From the NCBI GenBank assembly GCA_965205855.1, contig OZ242184.1, positions 480,001 to 544,000 on the forward strand: a DNA stretch of 64,000 nucleotides, read 5' to 3'. Of the stretch, positions 23,801 through 38,800 are shown one piece after another (the stretch's first letter is position 1; every line of letters starts with the position of its first letter). The translations under genes and the position numbers were made by a program. The notes beneath the pieces are model-generated. The model searched no databases, was not told where the DNA came from, and was given only the letters and a program-made list of their open reading frames with translations. The DNA is from Thermodesulfobacteriota bacterium (lineage in GTDB: Bacteria; Desulfobacterota_D; UBA1144; Nemesobacterales; Mycalebacteriaceae).

Positions 23801-26800
23801 CGGCGATAGCCTGCAAGCAGTGCGCATCGATAGCCTGCCCGCCAGCGACCGTGGCAGCCTGGCGCTGGGCACGGGCACGAGCGCTACGGCGGTGAGCCCG
23901 GGGCAGGTGATTGAGGTTGGGGAGATTGGGACTCTGGTGTTCACGCCGGCGGCCAATTTCACCGGCTTTGTTCCCTTCGAGTACAGCGTCTCCGATGGCG
24001 AGGATTTTAGTAGTAGAAGCCTGGTAATCTTCACCGTGACCGCGGTCAATGACCCGCCCACCACCAGCGCGTTCACGGTCACCACAAACGAGGATACCCC
24101 CTATACCTTTGGGTTGGCGGACTTTTCCTTTGCCGATGTCGAGGGCGATAGCCTGCAAGCGGTGCGCATCGCTACGCTACCCGACAGCGCCAACGGCAGC
24201 CTGGCGCTGAACGGCACAGCGGTCACCGTGGCCCAAGTGATTCCCGTTGCAGATATTCCGACTCTGGTCTATACCCCGGTGACCAATGTCAACGGCGATG
24301 CGACCTTCACCTTCAGCCTCTCCGACGGCACTGACTTCAGTACCCCGCCCGCCACGACAACCGTCAGCGTGACCGCGGTCAATGACGCGCCCACCATCAG
24401 CGGCCTCCCCGACAAAACCGGGGTGCAAGGGGAGGACTATAGTTTCACGCCGGGCGGCGGCGATGTGGATGGCGACCCGCTGGTATACGACATCACCAAT
24501 ATGCCAGGCTGGGCTACTTTCAGCACCACGACCGGGGCCTTGACCGGCACGCCACAGAGCACCGATGTCGGTACCACCACGGACATTATCATCAGCGTCA
24601 CTGATAACATCATCGCCACGCCGATAGCCCTTGGCGCCTTCAACATCGAAGTCACCGCCACCGCTGGCACCAATATGCCGCCCACCGCCGATGCCGGTTC
24701 AAATCAGAGGCTCAGCAAGGGCGCAGAAGTCACGCTGAATGGCACGGGCAGTGACGACCCTGACGGCGATAATGCAAACCTGATCTACCTTTGGGAACGG
24801 ACTGCCGGCCCCACCGAGGTGACTTTAAGCAGTACGGCAGCCCCGCAGCCAACCTTCACCATTCCAACCCTGATACCGACATCTGGCCCGGACTCCTACA
24901 CTTTCAGTCTGGTCGTTAGCGACGGGCAGGCATCGTCCGCCGCCGCCACCGTCAGAATCTTTATCAGACCGCTGTTTCTTGACACCATCGCGAATCAGAC
25001 CTTCAGCACGGGCAATGCAATTACTCCTATAACTTTGCCCGAGGCGCGGGAAGGGCCCGATTTATTGCCGAGTATCAATACCTATACGCTGGCTCCTCTG
25101 CCGGCTGGACTGGCCTTTGATTCTGCCAGCCGCACACTGTCTGGTACGCCGACCAGCGTCGGAACCTTTAACCTGACCTACACCGCGACGAATGGGGACG
25201 GAGACACGGATTCACTGAGCTTTGCCATTGAAGTCACCCCCAACAACCCGCCCACCACCAGCGGATTCAGGGTCACCACAGCCGAGGATACCCCCTATAC
25301 CTTTGCCTTTGCGGCGACGGACTTCCCCTTTGACGATCTGGACGCCGGCGATAGCCTGCAACGGGTGCGCATCGATACCCTGCCCGCCAGCGCCAGCGGT
25401 AGCCTGGCGCTGGGCGGTACGCCGGTTCGCATGAACCAGGAGATTCTCGTTGCCGGTATTCCGAATCTGGTGTTCACGCCGGTGGCCAATTTCAACGGCG
25501 ATGCGACCTTCACCTTCAGCCTCTCCGACGGCGATGATTTTAGTGCCACGGCCACGGCAACCGTCAGCGTGGTTAATAACCCGCCCACCACCAGCGGGCT
25601 GGCGATCACCACCGACGAGGATATCCCCCATACCTTTGCGGCGGCGGAGTTTAACTTTGCCGATGTCGACACTAACGATATGCTGGAGCAAGTGCGCATA
25701 GATACCCTGCCCGGCACCGGCAGCCTGACCCTGAACGGCACAGAGATCATCGCTATGCAAGAGATTGACGTTGCCGACATCAACAACGGCAACCTGATCT
25801 ATACCCCAGCCGCAAATCTCCGCGGCATGGACAGCTTCACCTTCAGCGTCTCCGACGGCACCGACTTCAGTACCCCGGCCGCCATGGCGACCGTCACCAT
25901 CGGCGCCGTCAATGATGCGCCCACCGGATTACCGATCATTAGCGGCACGGCGACCGAGGGCCAGACCCTGACGGCGGATACCTCGGGAATTGAAGATGAT
26001 GATGGCCCCGATACTCTGCCGTTCACCTATCAATGGAACCGGAACGACGGAACCACGGATACGGCGATCAGCGACGCGACCTCTGCAACCTACACCCTGA
26101 CCCAGGGCGATGTGGGCGAGGTGATCACCGTGACGGTCAGCTACCAGGATGGAGGAGGCAATGATGAGAGTCTGACCAGCGCGCCCACGGAGGCGGTGGC
26201 GGCGGCCATCACCCCCAATACCCCGCCCACCTCAAGCGGGCTGGATGTTACGCTGGACGAGGATGGCAGCCATACTTTTGCGGTCGCCCAGTTTAATTTT
26301 GCCGATACCGACAGCGGCGATAGCCTGGAAGCGGTGCGCATCGATAGCCTGCCCGCCAACGGTGGCCTGGCTCTGAACGGCACAGCGGTGATCGTGGCCC
26401 AAGAGATTCCCGTTGCCGGTATTCCGAATCTGGTCTATACCCCGGCGGCCAATGTCCACGGCATGGACAGCTTCACCTTCAGCGTCTCCGACGGCACTGA
26501 TTTTAGTACCCCGCCCTCCACGGCAACCATCACCATTAACTCGGTCAATGATGAGCCCAGCGGCACGGTGACGATCAGCGGCACTCCCCGGGTGGGCCAG
26601 ACCCTGATGGCGGACACCACCGGCATTACCGATGCCGATGGCCCTGATATGCTGTCATTCACCTATCAATGGCTTGCGGGTAGCAATCTTATCAGCAACT
26701 CGGACTCCCCAACCTACATCCTGACCGGGGACGAATTAGGCGAGATGATCAGTGTGGACGTCAGCTACATGGATGCCGATGGCATTGAGGGAGGTCTTGT

Positions 26801-29800
26801 CAGTGATCCCGTCGGGCCGGTGATCGCGGCAAGCACCAACAACCCGCCCACCACCAGCGGACTGACGGCCACGACTGCTGAAGACATCCCCTATACTTTT
26901 GCGGCGGGTAATTTCAACTTTAACGATACCGACAGCGGCGATAGCCTGGACGCGGTGCGCATCGATAGCCTGCCTGCCAACACCGACGGCAGCCTGGCGC
27001 TGAACGGCACAGCGGTGATCGTGACCCAAGAGATTTCCGTTGCCGGTATTCCGAATCTGGTCTATACCCCGGTGACCAATGTCAACGGCGCTGCGACCTT
27101 CACCTTCAGCGTTTCCGACGGCACTGACTTCAGTACCCCGCCTGCCACGGCAACCCTGACCGTTACTCCGGTCGATGATGATCCCATCGGATTACCGACC
27201 ATTAGCGGCACGCCCCGGGTGGGTGAGACCCTGACGGCAAACACCAGCGGCATTAGCGATGCCGATGGCCTTACGAACGTGACTTTCACCTATCAATGGC
27301 TGGCGGATGGCGGGCCCCTTAGCGGTGCGACCTTGCCGACTCTTGCCTTGACGAGTGCGAATTTGGGTGCGGATATTGAGGTACGGGTCAGCTTTACAGA
27401 CGATGCCGGCAACAATGAAGTACTGACCAGCGACCCGGTCAGTATTGAAGCGGCGGCGGCGCCTTTTCCCAGCGCTGTAATTGCACCGATTGCTCCGGCG
27501 CTGTTGCTTACTGAGAATGGCGTGGAGGGCGTGGATGGTGGCGTCACCATCACCCTGGATGGCAGTGGCAGTAGCACCACCCCCCCGGGCGGCACGCTGA
27601 CCTACGCTTGGACTGAACTCTCGGGAACTGACACCGCCCTGACCGGCGCGGTCACGGCTATGCTCAGTTTCACCACGCCCGCCCGTGCGGTGGAGGTCGC
27701 GAACCTGGTCTTCCAACTGACTGTGACCGACACCGCCAGCAATTCGGAGGGTTTTACCACCATTGGGGTAACGGTTCTGCCTACTATGGTTGAGCCTGTT
27801 GTCGCTGTGGCTGGGCCAGATCAGACCGTGTCCGCAGGCGCTACGGTGACGCTGGATGGTAGAGCCAGTACCGGCGGGACCCTGTCCTATAGCTGGGTGC
27901 AGACTGCCGCTCCCGGCGCAGGTATCCAATTGGACGATTTTGAGTCTGCCACGCCAGTTTTTACTGCGCCGGACGTGACCACTACCAGGGATTTGGAGTT
28001 CAGATTGCAAGTGATGGGATCCGGCATCAGCAGCAATTTCGACGAAGTCATCATTACCGTCGTGGGCGCGCCGAACATCTCGTCCGGCGTCAACAGCCTG
28101 AGCGCCCCCGTAGGAGTTGCCATCGAGCCGATCACCATCACCTCGACAAGCGGCGGCACGGTGGCCAGTTACAGCATAGCTCCGTCCATTGACAATGGCC
28201 TGTTCTTTGATGAGAGCACCGGCACTATCTCCGGCACGCCATTTGCATCCGCCGCTGAGGTGGTCTACACAATCACTGGGGAAAATGTCAGCGGCACGGA
28301 CACCGTCGAGGTTGCCATCACCGCCACCGATGGCAATCTGCCACCGGTAGCCAATGCCGGCACCGACCGTACGGTTAGACCCACTCTGAACTTTGTGGTC
28401 GAACTGGACGGCAGCGCCAGTTCCGACCCCGAGGGCGGGGCCCTGATCTACGTCTGGACCCAGAACGGCGAGCCCGAAGTCGGTCTGACCGGAAGGGACA
28501 CAGCAACCCCGGGTTTCACCCTGACCCAGTCCCTGCTTGATCAGTTGTCGGGAGAACCCACGCTGAGCTTCTCTTTGACGGTCACCGATGCCATGAATCA
28601 GGCTTCTGCACCTGACAGCGTAGATATTCGCTTTGATATGACGCCCCCGGTTATCAGCCTGGTCGGCGATTTTTCGGTATCCATCGGAGAGGGCGGCACC
28701 TATACGGAAGCCGGTGCGGCGGCCACGGACGCTGTTGACGGGGATATTAGCGGCGATATCAGAACGGCCATAGTCTACGATAACAACACCGTCGACACCA
28801 GCGACGACGATCTGGTTAATGCGGTCGATACCGCCAGGGTCGGCATCTACACCATCACCTACAGGGTGGCAGATACGGCGGGCAACGCTGCCACGCCGCT
28901 TATCCGCACAGTCGAGGTCGAGGACAGAACTGCCCCGGCTATCACCCTGTTAGGCGAGGCCGAGATAACCATAGCGGCGGATACTGCCTATACTGATGCC
29001 GGTGCGACGGCCATGGACAATGCTGACGGGGATATTAGCAGCGATATCAGGACGGCCATAGTCTACGATAACAACACAGCCGACACCGGCGACGACGAGA
29101 CGGTCACTGCGGTAGATACCGCCAGGGTCGGCGTCTACACCATCACCTACAACGTGGAAGATGCGGCGGGCAACGTTGCCACGGCGGCCAGCCGCAGGGT
29201 CACTGTCGAGGACAGAACCGCCCCGGTCATTGACCGGAACGGCCCTTATAGGGTATCCATCGGACAGGGCGAGACCTATACGGACGCCGGTGCGACGGCC
29301 ACGGACAATATTGACGGGGATATTAGCGGCCAGATCACAGTGAGCATTACCGATAGCAGTGGCACCACGATTACTGCGGTAGATACCGGCAGGGTTGGCG
29401 TCTACAACATCACCTACAACGTGACAGATACGGCGGGCAATGCTGCTGCGCCAAGGCGCAGGAGGGTTACTGTCACCGCGGACGTAACGCCCCCGGTTAT
29501 CACCCTGGTCGGCGCTTCTGTGGTATCCATCGACCAGGGCGGCACCTATACCGACGCCGGTGCGACGGCCACGGACGCTGTTGACGGGGATATTAGCGGC
29601 CAGATCACAGTGAGCATAGTCTACAATAACAACACCGGCGACGACGAGACGGACGACGAGACGGTTAATGCGGTCAATACCAGCAGGGTTGGCGTCTACA
29701 CCATCACCTACAGGGTGACAGATGATGCGGGCAATGATGCCACGGCGGTCGAGCGCACAGTCGAGGTCGAGGACGTAACGCCCCCGGTTCTCAGCCGGCT

Positions 29801-32800
29801 CGGCGCTTTTAGTGTATCAATCGAGCAGGGCGCCACCTATGCGGACGCCGGTGCGGCGGCCACGGACAATGTTGACGGTGATATTGGCGACCGGGTCAGA
29901 CCGAGCTTTGTCTACAATAACAACACCCCCGACCCCGGCGACGACATAAGGGTCAATGCGGTAGATACCAGCAGGGTCGGCGTCTACACCATCACCTACA
30001 ACGTGACAGATGCGGCGGGCAACGCTGCCACGCCGGTTGAGCGCAGGGTCACTGTCGAGGAAGGAACTGCCCCGGTTATCACTCTGCTCGGCGATTCTAC
30101 GGTATCCATCGACCAGTTCGCCACCTATACGGACGCTGGTGCGACAGCCACGGACGCTGCTGAGGGGAATATTACCAACCGGATCAGAACGACCATCGTC
30201 TACAACAACACCGCTGGCACCGGCGACGACGAGACGGTTAATGCGGTCGATACCCTCAGGGTCGGCGTCTACACCATCACCTACAATGTGGCAGATGCGG
30301 CGGGCAATGATGCCACGGCGGTCAGCCGCACAGTCACTGTCGCGGACAGAACGGCCCCGGTTATCAACCTGGGCGACCCTGCCAGGGTATCCATCGCAGT
30401 GGGAGCGGACTACATTGAACAGGCGACAGCATCGGACGATACTGACGGGGATATTACCAGCGCGATCACAGCGACTATCGTCTACAACAACAACACCGCC
30501 GACACCGGCGACGACGAGACGGTTAATATGGTGGATACCAGCAGGCTAGGCATCTACACCATCACCTACAGGGTGGCAGATGTGGCGGGCAACGATACGG
30601 CGGTCGAGCGCAGGGTTACTGTCGAGGATCAAACTGCCCCGGCTATCACCCTGGTCGGCGATTCTGCGGTATCCATCGGGCAGGGCGGCACCTATACGGA
30701 CGCCGGTGCGACAGCCACGGACAATATTGACGGGAATATTACCAACCGGGTCAGCATGAGAATTACCGACAGCAGCGGCACCGTGATTGCTGCGGTCAAT
30801 ACCCGCACGACTGGCGTCTACACCATCACCTACAGAGCGATAGATGCGGCGGGCAACCAGGCCGAGATAACCAGAACAGTCACCGTCAGCCCGGACGGAA
30901 CTGTCCCGGTTATCAGCCTGTTAGGCGATGCCGAGATAACCATAGCGGCGGATACTATCTATGCTGATGCCGGTGCGACAGCCACGGACGCTGTTGACGG
31001 GGATATTAGCGGCCTGATAACAGCGAGCATCGTCTACAATAACAACACCGCCAACATCGGCGACGACGAGACGGTCACTGCAGTCGATACCAGCAGGGTC
31101 GGCACCTACACCATCACCTACAACGTGTCAGATGCGGCGGGCAACGCTGCCACAGCGGTCAGCCGCAGGGTCACTGTCGAGGACAGAACCGCCCCGGTAA
31201 TTAGCCGGAACGGCCCTTATAGGGTATCCATCGGGCAGGGCGAGACCTATACGGACGCCGGTGCGACGGCCACGGACAATATTGACGGGAACGGGACTAT
31301 TACCGCTGTGATCACAACGACCATTGTCTACAATAACAACACCTCCGGCACTGGCGACGACAGGACGGTCACTGCGGTAGATACCGGCAGTGTTGGCGTC
31401 TACAACATCACCTACAACGTGACAGACGCGGCGGGCAATGCTGCCGCGCCAAGGCGCAGGAGGGTTACTGTCGTCGCGGACGGGACTGCTCCGGTTATTA
31501 GCCTGCTCGGTCTTGCTACGGTATCCATCGTGCAGGGTGCTGACTATGCTGATGCCGGTGCGAGGGCCACGGACGATATTGACGGTGATATTACCGCCCT
31601 GATCACAGCGACCATTACCGACAGCAGTGGCGCCGTGATTGCTGCGGTAGATACTGGCACGCCCGGCGTCTACACCATTACCTACAGGGTGTCAGATGTG
31701 GCGGGCAACGAAGCCACGGCGGTCATTCGAACCCTCAACGTCACCCTGGATGAGACGGCTCCGACCCTCAGTGTGATCGGTTCGGATAGAACCGTCCGGC
31801 TGGGTGGTGACTATACGGACGCCGGTGCCATTGCGTTTGACAATGGCGTGAATGTTAGGGATCAGATAGAGACGACCATTACCGACAGCATCGGCACCGT
31901 GATTGCTGCGGTGGATACCGGCACGCCCGGCGTCTACACCATCACCTACAGGGTGAGAGATGTGGCGGGCAACGAAGCCGAGGTCTTCAGAATGGTCACC
32001 GTGAGCGGCGGCCCAATCATCACTGACAGCCGGGGCCAGACCCCGACCCCGACCGAGGGTCAGAGACTGGAAGCAGCGACTGGCACCATTACCGACGCCA
32101 GGGGCAGCTTCAGTTATCAATGGACTGCCAATAGAGTGGCTATCAGCGGCGCGGACAGGGCGCGCTACACCCCGACCCAGGCCGAGGTGGGCAAGATGAT
32201 AAGGGTTATTGTGTCCTACACTGATACGCAGAGTGCTAACCGGCGCCTGACCAGCATTCCCGTCGGGCCGGTAGTCAATGTCAATGACGCGCCCACCGGA
32301 GTACCGATCATTGCCGGCATCCCGACCCAAGGTCGGACCCTGACGGCGGATACCTCGGGCATTGAAGATGAAGATGGTCTGAATAGAGCGGTTTTCACCT
32401 ATCAATGGAATACGCGTGTCAGGGGCACGGACACGGCAATTGATGGAGCCACCGCCAGTACCTACACCCTGAGCCAGTCCGAGGTGGGCGAGAGAATCAC
32501 CCTGAGCGTCGGCTACACCGATGATGAAAACATGGACGAGGGTCCTCTGACCAGCGTTTCCGTCGGGCCGGTGTCCAATGCCAATGTTCGTCCCACCGGC
32601 GAGGTGACCATTGATGGCACCCCGACCGAGGGTGAGACTCTGACGGCGAATACCGATGCCATTGAAGATGAGGATGGTCTGAGTAGAGCGGTTTTCACCT
32701 ATCAATGGAATACGCGTGTCGGTGGCACGGACACGGCAATTGATGGAGCCACCGCCAGTACCTACACCCTGAGCCAGTCCGAAGTGGGCGAGAGAATCAC

Positions 32801-35800
32801 CCTGAGCGTCGGCTACACCGATGATGAAAACATGGACGAGGGGCCTCTGACCAGCGTTTCCGTCGGGCCGGTGTCCAATGTTAATGACGCGCCCACCACC
32901 AGCGGTCTGGCGGTTACGACAGACGAGGATATCGCCTATACCTTTGGGTTGGCCGACTTTTCCTTTACCGATGTCGACACTGGCGATAGCCTGGAGCAAG
33001 TGCGCATCGATACCCTGCCCGACGCTGGCAGCGGCAACCTGACCCTGAACAACACAGCGGTGACCGCGATGCAAGAGATTGCGGTTGGGGATATTACGAA
33101 TCTGGTCTATACCCCGGCGGCCAATGTCAACGGCGCTGCGACCTTCACCTTCAGCGTCTCTGACGGCACTGCCTTCAGTGCGTTCGCCACGGCAACCGTG
33201 ACCGTTACCGCGGTCAATGACCGGCCCACTGGCAGTGTAACCATCACCGGCACGGCGACCGAGGGCACGACCCTGACGGCGAACACCGATGGCATCAGCG
33301 ATGCCGATGGCCCTGATACCCTGACATTTAGCTATCAATGGCTATCGGGTTTCAGTCCGATAGCCGGTGCGAACGGAAGCACCTACATCCTGACCCCGGC
33401 CGATGTGGGCCAGTTTATCAGCGTGGCCGTCCGCTATACCGATGCTAATAACATGACCCATAGTGTGAGTAGTGCTCCCTTCGGGCCGGTGATCGTGGCG
33501 GGCACGGTGACGGTTTCCATTGCGCCCCCCGGCGCCGCAGTCGATGAGGGCGATCCCGCGACCTTCACCGTGACCCTGTCGGGTTCTCCCACGGATGAAG
33601 TGGTGGTGAACTATGCCACCTCGCCCGACACGGCGGTGGCGGCTGATTTCACCGATACCAGTGGCACGCTGACCTTCGCCGCGAACGCGAGCGGGGCCGC
33701 CCTGAGCCAGGATATCAGCGTACCGACGACGGACGATAGCGAGACCGAGGGCGATGAGACCTTCACCCTGACCCTGAGCGCGAACACTGCCAGCCCACTA
33801 CCGGCAGGTGTCACTCTGGACACGACCACGGCCCAGGCGACCATCGCAGCCAACGATGCACCGGTCAACAGCCCGCCCACCACCAGCGATCTGACGGTCA
33901 CCACAAACGAGGATACCGACTATACCTTTGCGGCGTCCGACTTCCCCTTTACCGATACCGACATGGACGATAGTCTGGAAGAGGTGCGCATCGATAGCCT
34001 GCCCGCCAGCACCAGCGGCAGCCTGGCGCTGAACGGCACAGCAGTGGCTGTGGACCAAGTGATTGCCGTTGCCGATATCCCGACTCTGGTCTATACCCCG
34101 GTGACCAATGTCAACGGCGATGCGACCTTCACCTTCAGCGTCTCCGACGGCACTGCCTTTAGTGCCACGCCCGCCACGGCAACCGTCAGCGTTACCGCAG
34201 TTAATGACGCGCCCACCATCACTGGCACCCCCGCCACAATGGTGATGCAAGGGGTGGCCTATAGCTTTATGCCGGACGGCGCAGATGTCGATACTGGCGA
34301 CACGCTGGTATATGCCATCACCAATATGCCAAGCTGGGCCAATTTCGATGCCGCGACCGGGGCCTTGACCGGCACGCCACAGAGCACCGATGTCGGTACC
34401 ACCACGGGCATTATCATCAGCGTCACCGATAACAATATCGCCGCGCCAGTAGAACTGCCCGCCTTCGACATCGAAGTCACCGCCACCCCCAACAGCCCGC
34501 CCACCACCAGCGACCTGATGGTCATGACAGACGAGGATACCGACTATACCTTTGCGGCGTCCGACTTCCCCTTTACCGATACCGACATGGACGATAGTCT
34601 GGAAGAGGTGCGCATCGATAGCCTGCCCGACAGCGGTAGCCTGACCCTAGGCGGCACAGAGGTTAACGAGGGGCAAGCGATTGCCGTTGCCGATATCCCG
34701 ACTCTGGTCTATACCCCGGTGACCAATGTCAACGGCGATGCGACCTTCACCTTCAGCGTCTCCGACGGCACTGCCTTTAGTGCCACGCCCGCCACGGCAA
34801 CCGTCACCGTGACCGCGGTCAATGACGCGTCCACTGGCAGTGTAACCATCACCGGCACGCCCCAGGTGGGCGAGACCCTGACGGCGGAGACCGGTGGCAT
34901 TAGCGATGCCGATGGCCTTACGAACGTGACTTTCGCGTATCAATGGCTGGAGGATGGCGGGAACCTTACCGGGGAGGCCTCGCCGACTCTCGCCTTGACG
35001 AGTGCGCATTTGGGTACGGATATTGAGGTACGGGTCAGCTTTACAGACAATGCCGGCAACAATGAAACACTAACCAGCAGCTCGGTCAACATTGGAGCGG
35101 CGGGCACGGTCAACAGCCCGGCGACGGGAGAACTGAGGATTTTCGGCACGCCCCGGGTGGGTGAGACCCTGAGGGCGTTCCCCCTGAGGATTGCGGATAC
35201 CGATGGTCTTGGCGACTTCAGCTATCAATGGCTGGCGAATGGCGTGGACCTTACCGGGGAGAACTCGCGAACTCTCGACTTGACCTCGGCGCATCAGGGC
35301 GCGGCGATTGCGGTACGGGTCAGCTTTACCGACGATGCCGGCAACGATGAAAGCCTGACCAGCGACTCGGTCACCATTGAGGCGGCACCCCCCACCGCTG
35401 TAATTGCACCGATTGATCCGGCGCTGTTGCTTACTGAGAATGGCGTGGAGGGCGTGGATGGTGGCATTGCCATCACCCTGGATGGCAGTGGCAGTGCCAC
35501 CAACCCCCCGGGCGGCACCCTGACCTACGCCTGGACTGAGCTCACACGAACGGGCATCGCCCTGACCGGCGCGGCCACGGCTATGCTCAGTTTCACCACG
35601 CCCGCCCGTGCGGAGTTAGCCGAGAGGCTGGTCTTCCGACTGACTGTGACCGACACCGCCAGCAATTCGACGGGCACCAGAGTCATTGGGGTAACGGTTC
35701 TGCCTGCTATGGTTGAGCCTCTTGTCGCTGTGGCTGGGCCAGATCAGACCGTGGCCACAGGCGCTATGGTGACGCTGGATGGTAGCGCCAGTACCGGTCC

Positions 35801-38800
35801 AGGAACCCTGTCCTATAACTGGGCGCAGAGTATCATTCCCGGCGCCGCACCTATCCAATTGGACAATTTTGGGTCTGCCATGCCGGTTTTTACTGCGCCG
35901 AACGTGACCACTACCAGGAATTTGGAGTTCAGATTGCAAGTGATGGCATCCGGCCTCAGCAGCAATTTCGACGAAGTCACCATTACCGTCGTGGGCGTGC
36001 CGAACATCTCGGCCAGCGTCAACAGCCTGATCGCCCCCATAGGCGTTGCCATCGAGCCGATCACCATCACCTCGACAGACGGTGGCACGGTGGCCAGTTA
36101 CAGCATCGCTCCGGCCATTGGCAATGGTCTGTCCTTTGATGAGAGCACCGGCACTATCTCCGGCACGCCAGATGCCGCCGCCGCTGAGGTCGTCTACACC
36201 ATCACTGCGGAAAATGTCAGCGGCACGGACACCGTCGAGGTTGCCATCACCGCCCCCGATGGCAATCTGCCTCCGGTGGCCAATGCCGGCACCGACCGTA
36301 CGGTTAGACCCGCTCTGAACTCTGTGGTCGAACTGGACGGCAGCGCCAGTTTTGACCCCGAGGGCGGGGCCCTGATCTACGCCTGGACCCAGAACGGCAC
36401 TCCCGACGTCGGCCTGACCGAAGAGAACACCGCAACCCCGAGGTTCACCCTGACCCAGGCCCTGCTTGATCAGTTGGCGGGAGAACCCACACTGAACTTC
36501 TCTTTGACAGTCACCGACGCCGCGAATGAGGCTTCTGTATCTGACAGCGTAGATATTCGCTTCGATATGACGCCCCCGGTTATCAGCCTGAACGGCGATT
36601 CTTCGGTATCCATCGTGGAGGGCGGCACCTATACGGACGCCGGTGCGACGGCTATGGACGCTGTTGACGGGAATATTACCGCTCGGATCACAACGACCGT
36701 TGCCTACAACGACGACACCATCACTATGCCCAGCGCGGACGGCAACGATCCCAACAGCGTTCCTGATGTAGATACCAACACGCCCGGTATCTACACCATC
36801 ATCTACAGGGTGGCGGATGCGGCGGGCAACACTGCCACGCCGCTTATCCGCGCAGTCAGGGTTCTGGACGGAAGTGCTCCGGTTATCACCCTGTTAGGCG
36901 AGGCCGAGATAACCATAGCGGCGGATACTGCCTATACGGATGCCCGTGCGACGGCCACGGACGCTGTTGACGGGGATGTTAGCGGCGAGATAACAGCGGC
37001 CATAGTCTACGATAACAACACAGCCGACACCGGCGACGACGAGACGGTCACTGCGGTAGATACCGCCAGGGTCGGCGTCTACACCATCACCTACAACGTG
37101 GAAGATGCGGCGGGCAACGCTGCCACGGCGGTCAGCCGCAGGGTTACTGTCGAGGACAGAACCGCCCCGGTCATTGACCGGAACGGCCCTTTTAGGGTAT
37201 CCATCGGACAGGGCGAGACCTATACGGACGCGGGTGCGACGGCCACGGACGCTGTTGACGGGGATATTACCACTCGGATCACAACGACCATTGTCTACAA
37301 TAACAACAGCTCCGGCACTGGCGACGACATAACGGTCACTGCGGTCGATACCGGCAGGCTCGGCGTCTACAACATCACCTACAATGTGACAGATACGGCG
37401 GGCAATGCTGCCGCGCCAAGGCGCAGGAGGGTTACTGTCACCCCGGACAGAACTGCTCCGGTTATTAGCTTGGTCGGCGCTTCTATGGTATCCATCGAGC
37501 AGGGCGGCACCTATACGGAAGCCGGTGCGACGGCCACGGACGCTGTTGACGGGGATGTTAGCGGAGATATTACGGTGAGCATTGTCTACAATAACAACAC
37601 CAGCGACGACGAGACGGACGACGAGACGGTTAATGCGGTCAATACCAGCAGGGTTGGCGTCTACACCATCACCTACAGGGTGACAGATGATGCGGGCAAT
37701 GATGCCACGGCGGTCGAGCGCACAGTCGCGGTCGAGGACGTAACGCCCCCGGTTATCAACCGGCTCGGCGCTTTTAGGGTATCCATCGAGCAGGGCGCCA
37801 CCTATGCGGACGCCGGGACGGCGGCCACGGACAATGTTGACGGTGATATTGGCGACCGAGTCAGTTTGAGCTTTGTCTACAATAACAACACCCCCGACCC
37901 CGCCGACAACATAGCGGTCGCTGCGGTCGATACCAGCAGGGTCGGCGTCTACACCATCACCTATAACGTGACAGATGTAGCGGGCAACGCTGCCGTGCCA
38001 AGGAGCAGGGAGGTCACTGTCGAGGAAGGAACTGCCCCGGTTATCACCCTGGTCGGCGATTCTGCGGTATCCATTGACCAGTTCGCCACCTATACGGACG
38101 CGGGGGCGACAGCCATGGACGCTACTGACGGGAATATTACCAACCGGATAACAGCGACCATCGTCTACAACAACAACACCGCTGGCACCGGCGACGACGA
38201 GACGGTTAATGCAGTCGATACCCTCAGGGTCGGCGTCTACACCATCACCTACAGGGTGGCAGATGCGGCGGGCAACGTTGCCACGCCGGTCAGCCGCACA
38301 GTCGAGGTCGAGGACGTAACGGCCCCGACTATCAGCCTGAACGGCGATTTTTCGGTATCCATCGCAGCGGGCGCGAACTATATTGATGAAGGGGCGACAG
38401 CATCGGACCATACTGACGGGGATATTACCAGCGCGATCATGGCGACCGTTGTCTACAATAACAACACCGACGACGAGACGGACGACGAGACGGTTACTGC
38501 AGTCGATACCGGCAGGGTCGGCATCTACACCATCACTTACCGCGTGGAAGATGCGGCGGGCAACGCTGCCACGCCGGTCAGCCGCACAGTCGAGGTCGAG
38601 GACAGAACTGCCCCGGTTATCAGCCGGAACGGCCCTTATAGGGTATCCATCGAACAGGGCGAGACCTATACGGACGCCGGTGCGACGGCCACGGACAACA
38701 TTGACGGAAATATTACCGATCAGATCACAACGACCATCGTCTACAATAACAACACCGCCAACACCGGCGACGACGAGACGGTTACTGCAGTCGATACCAG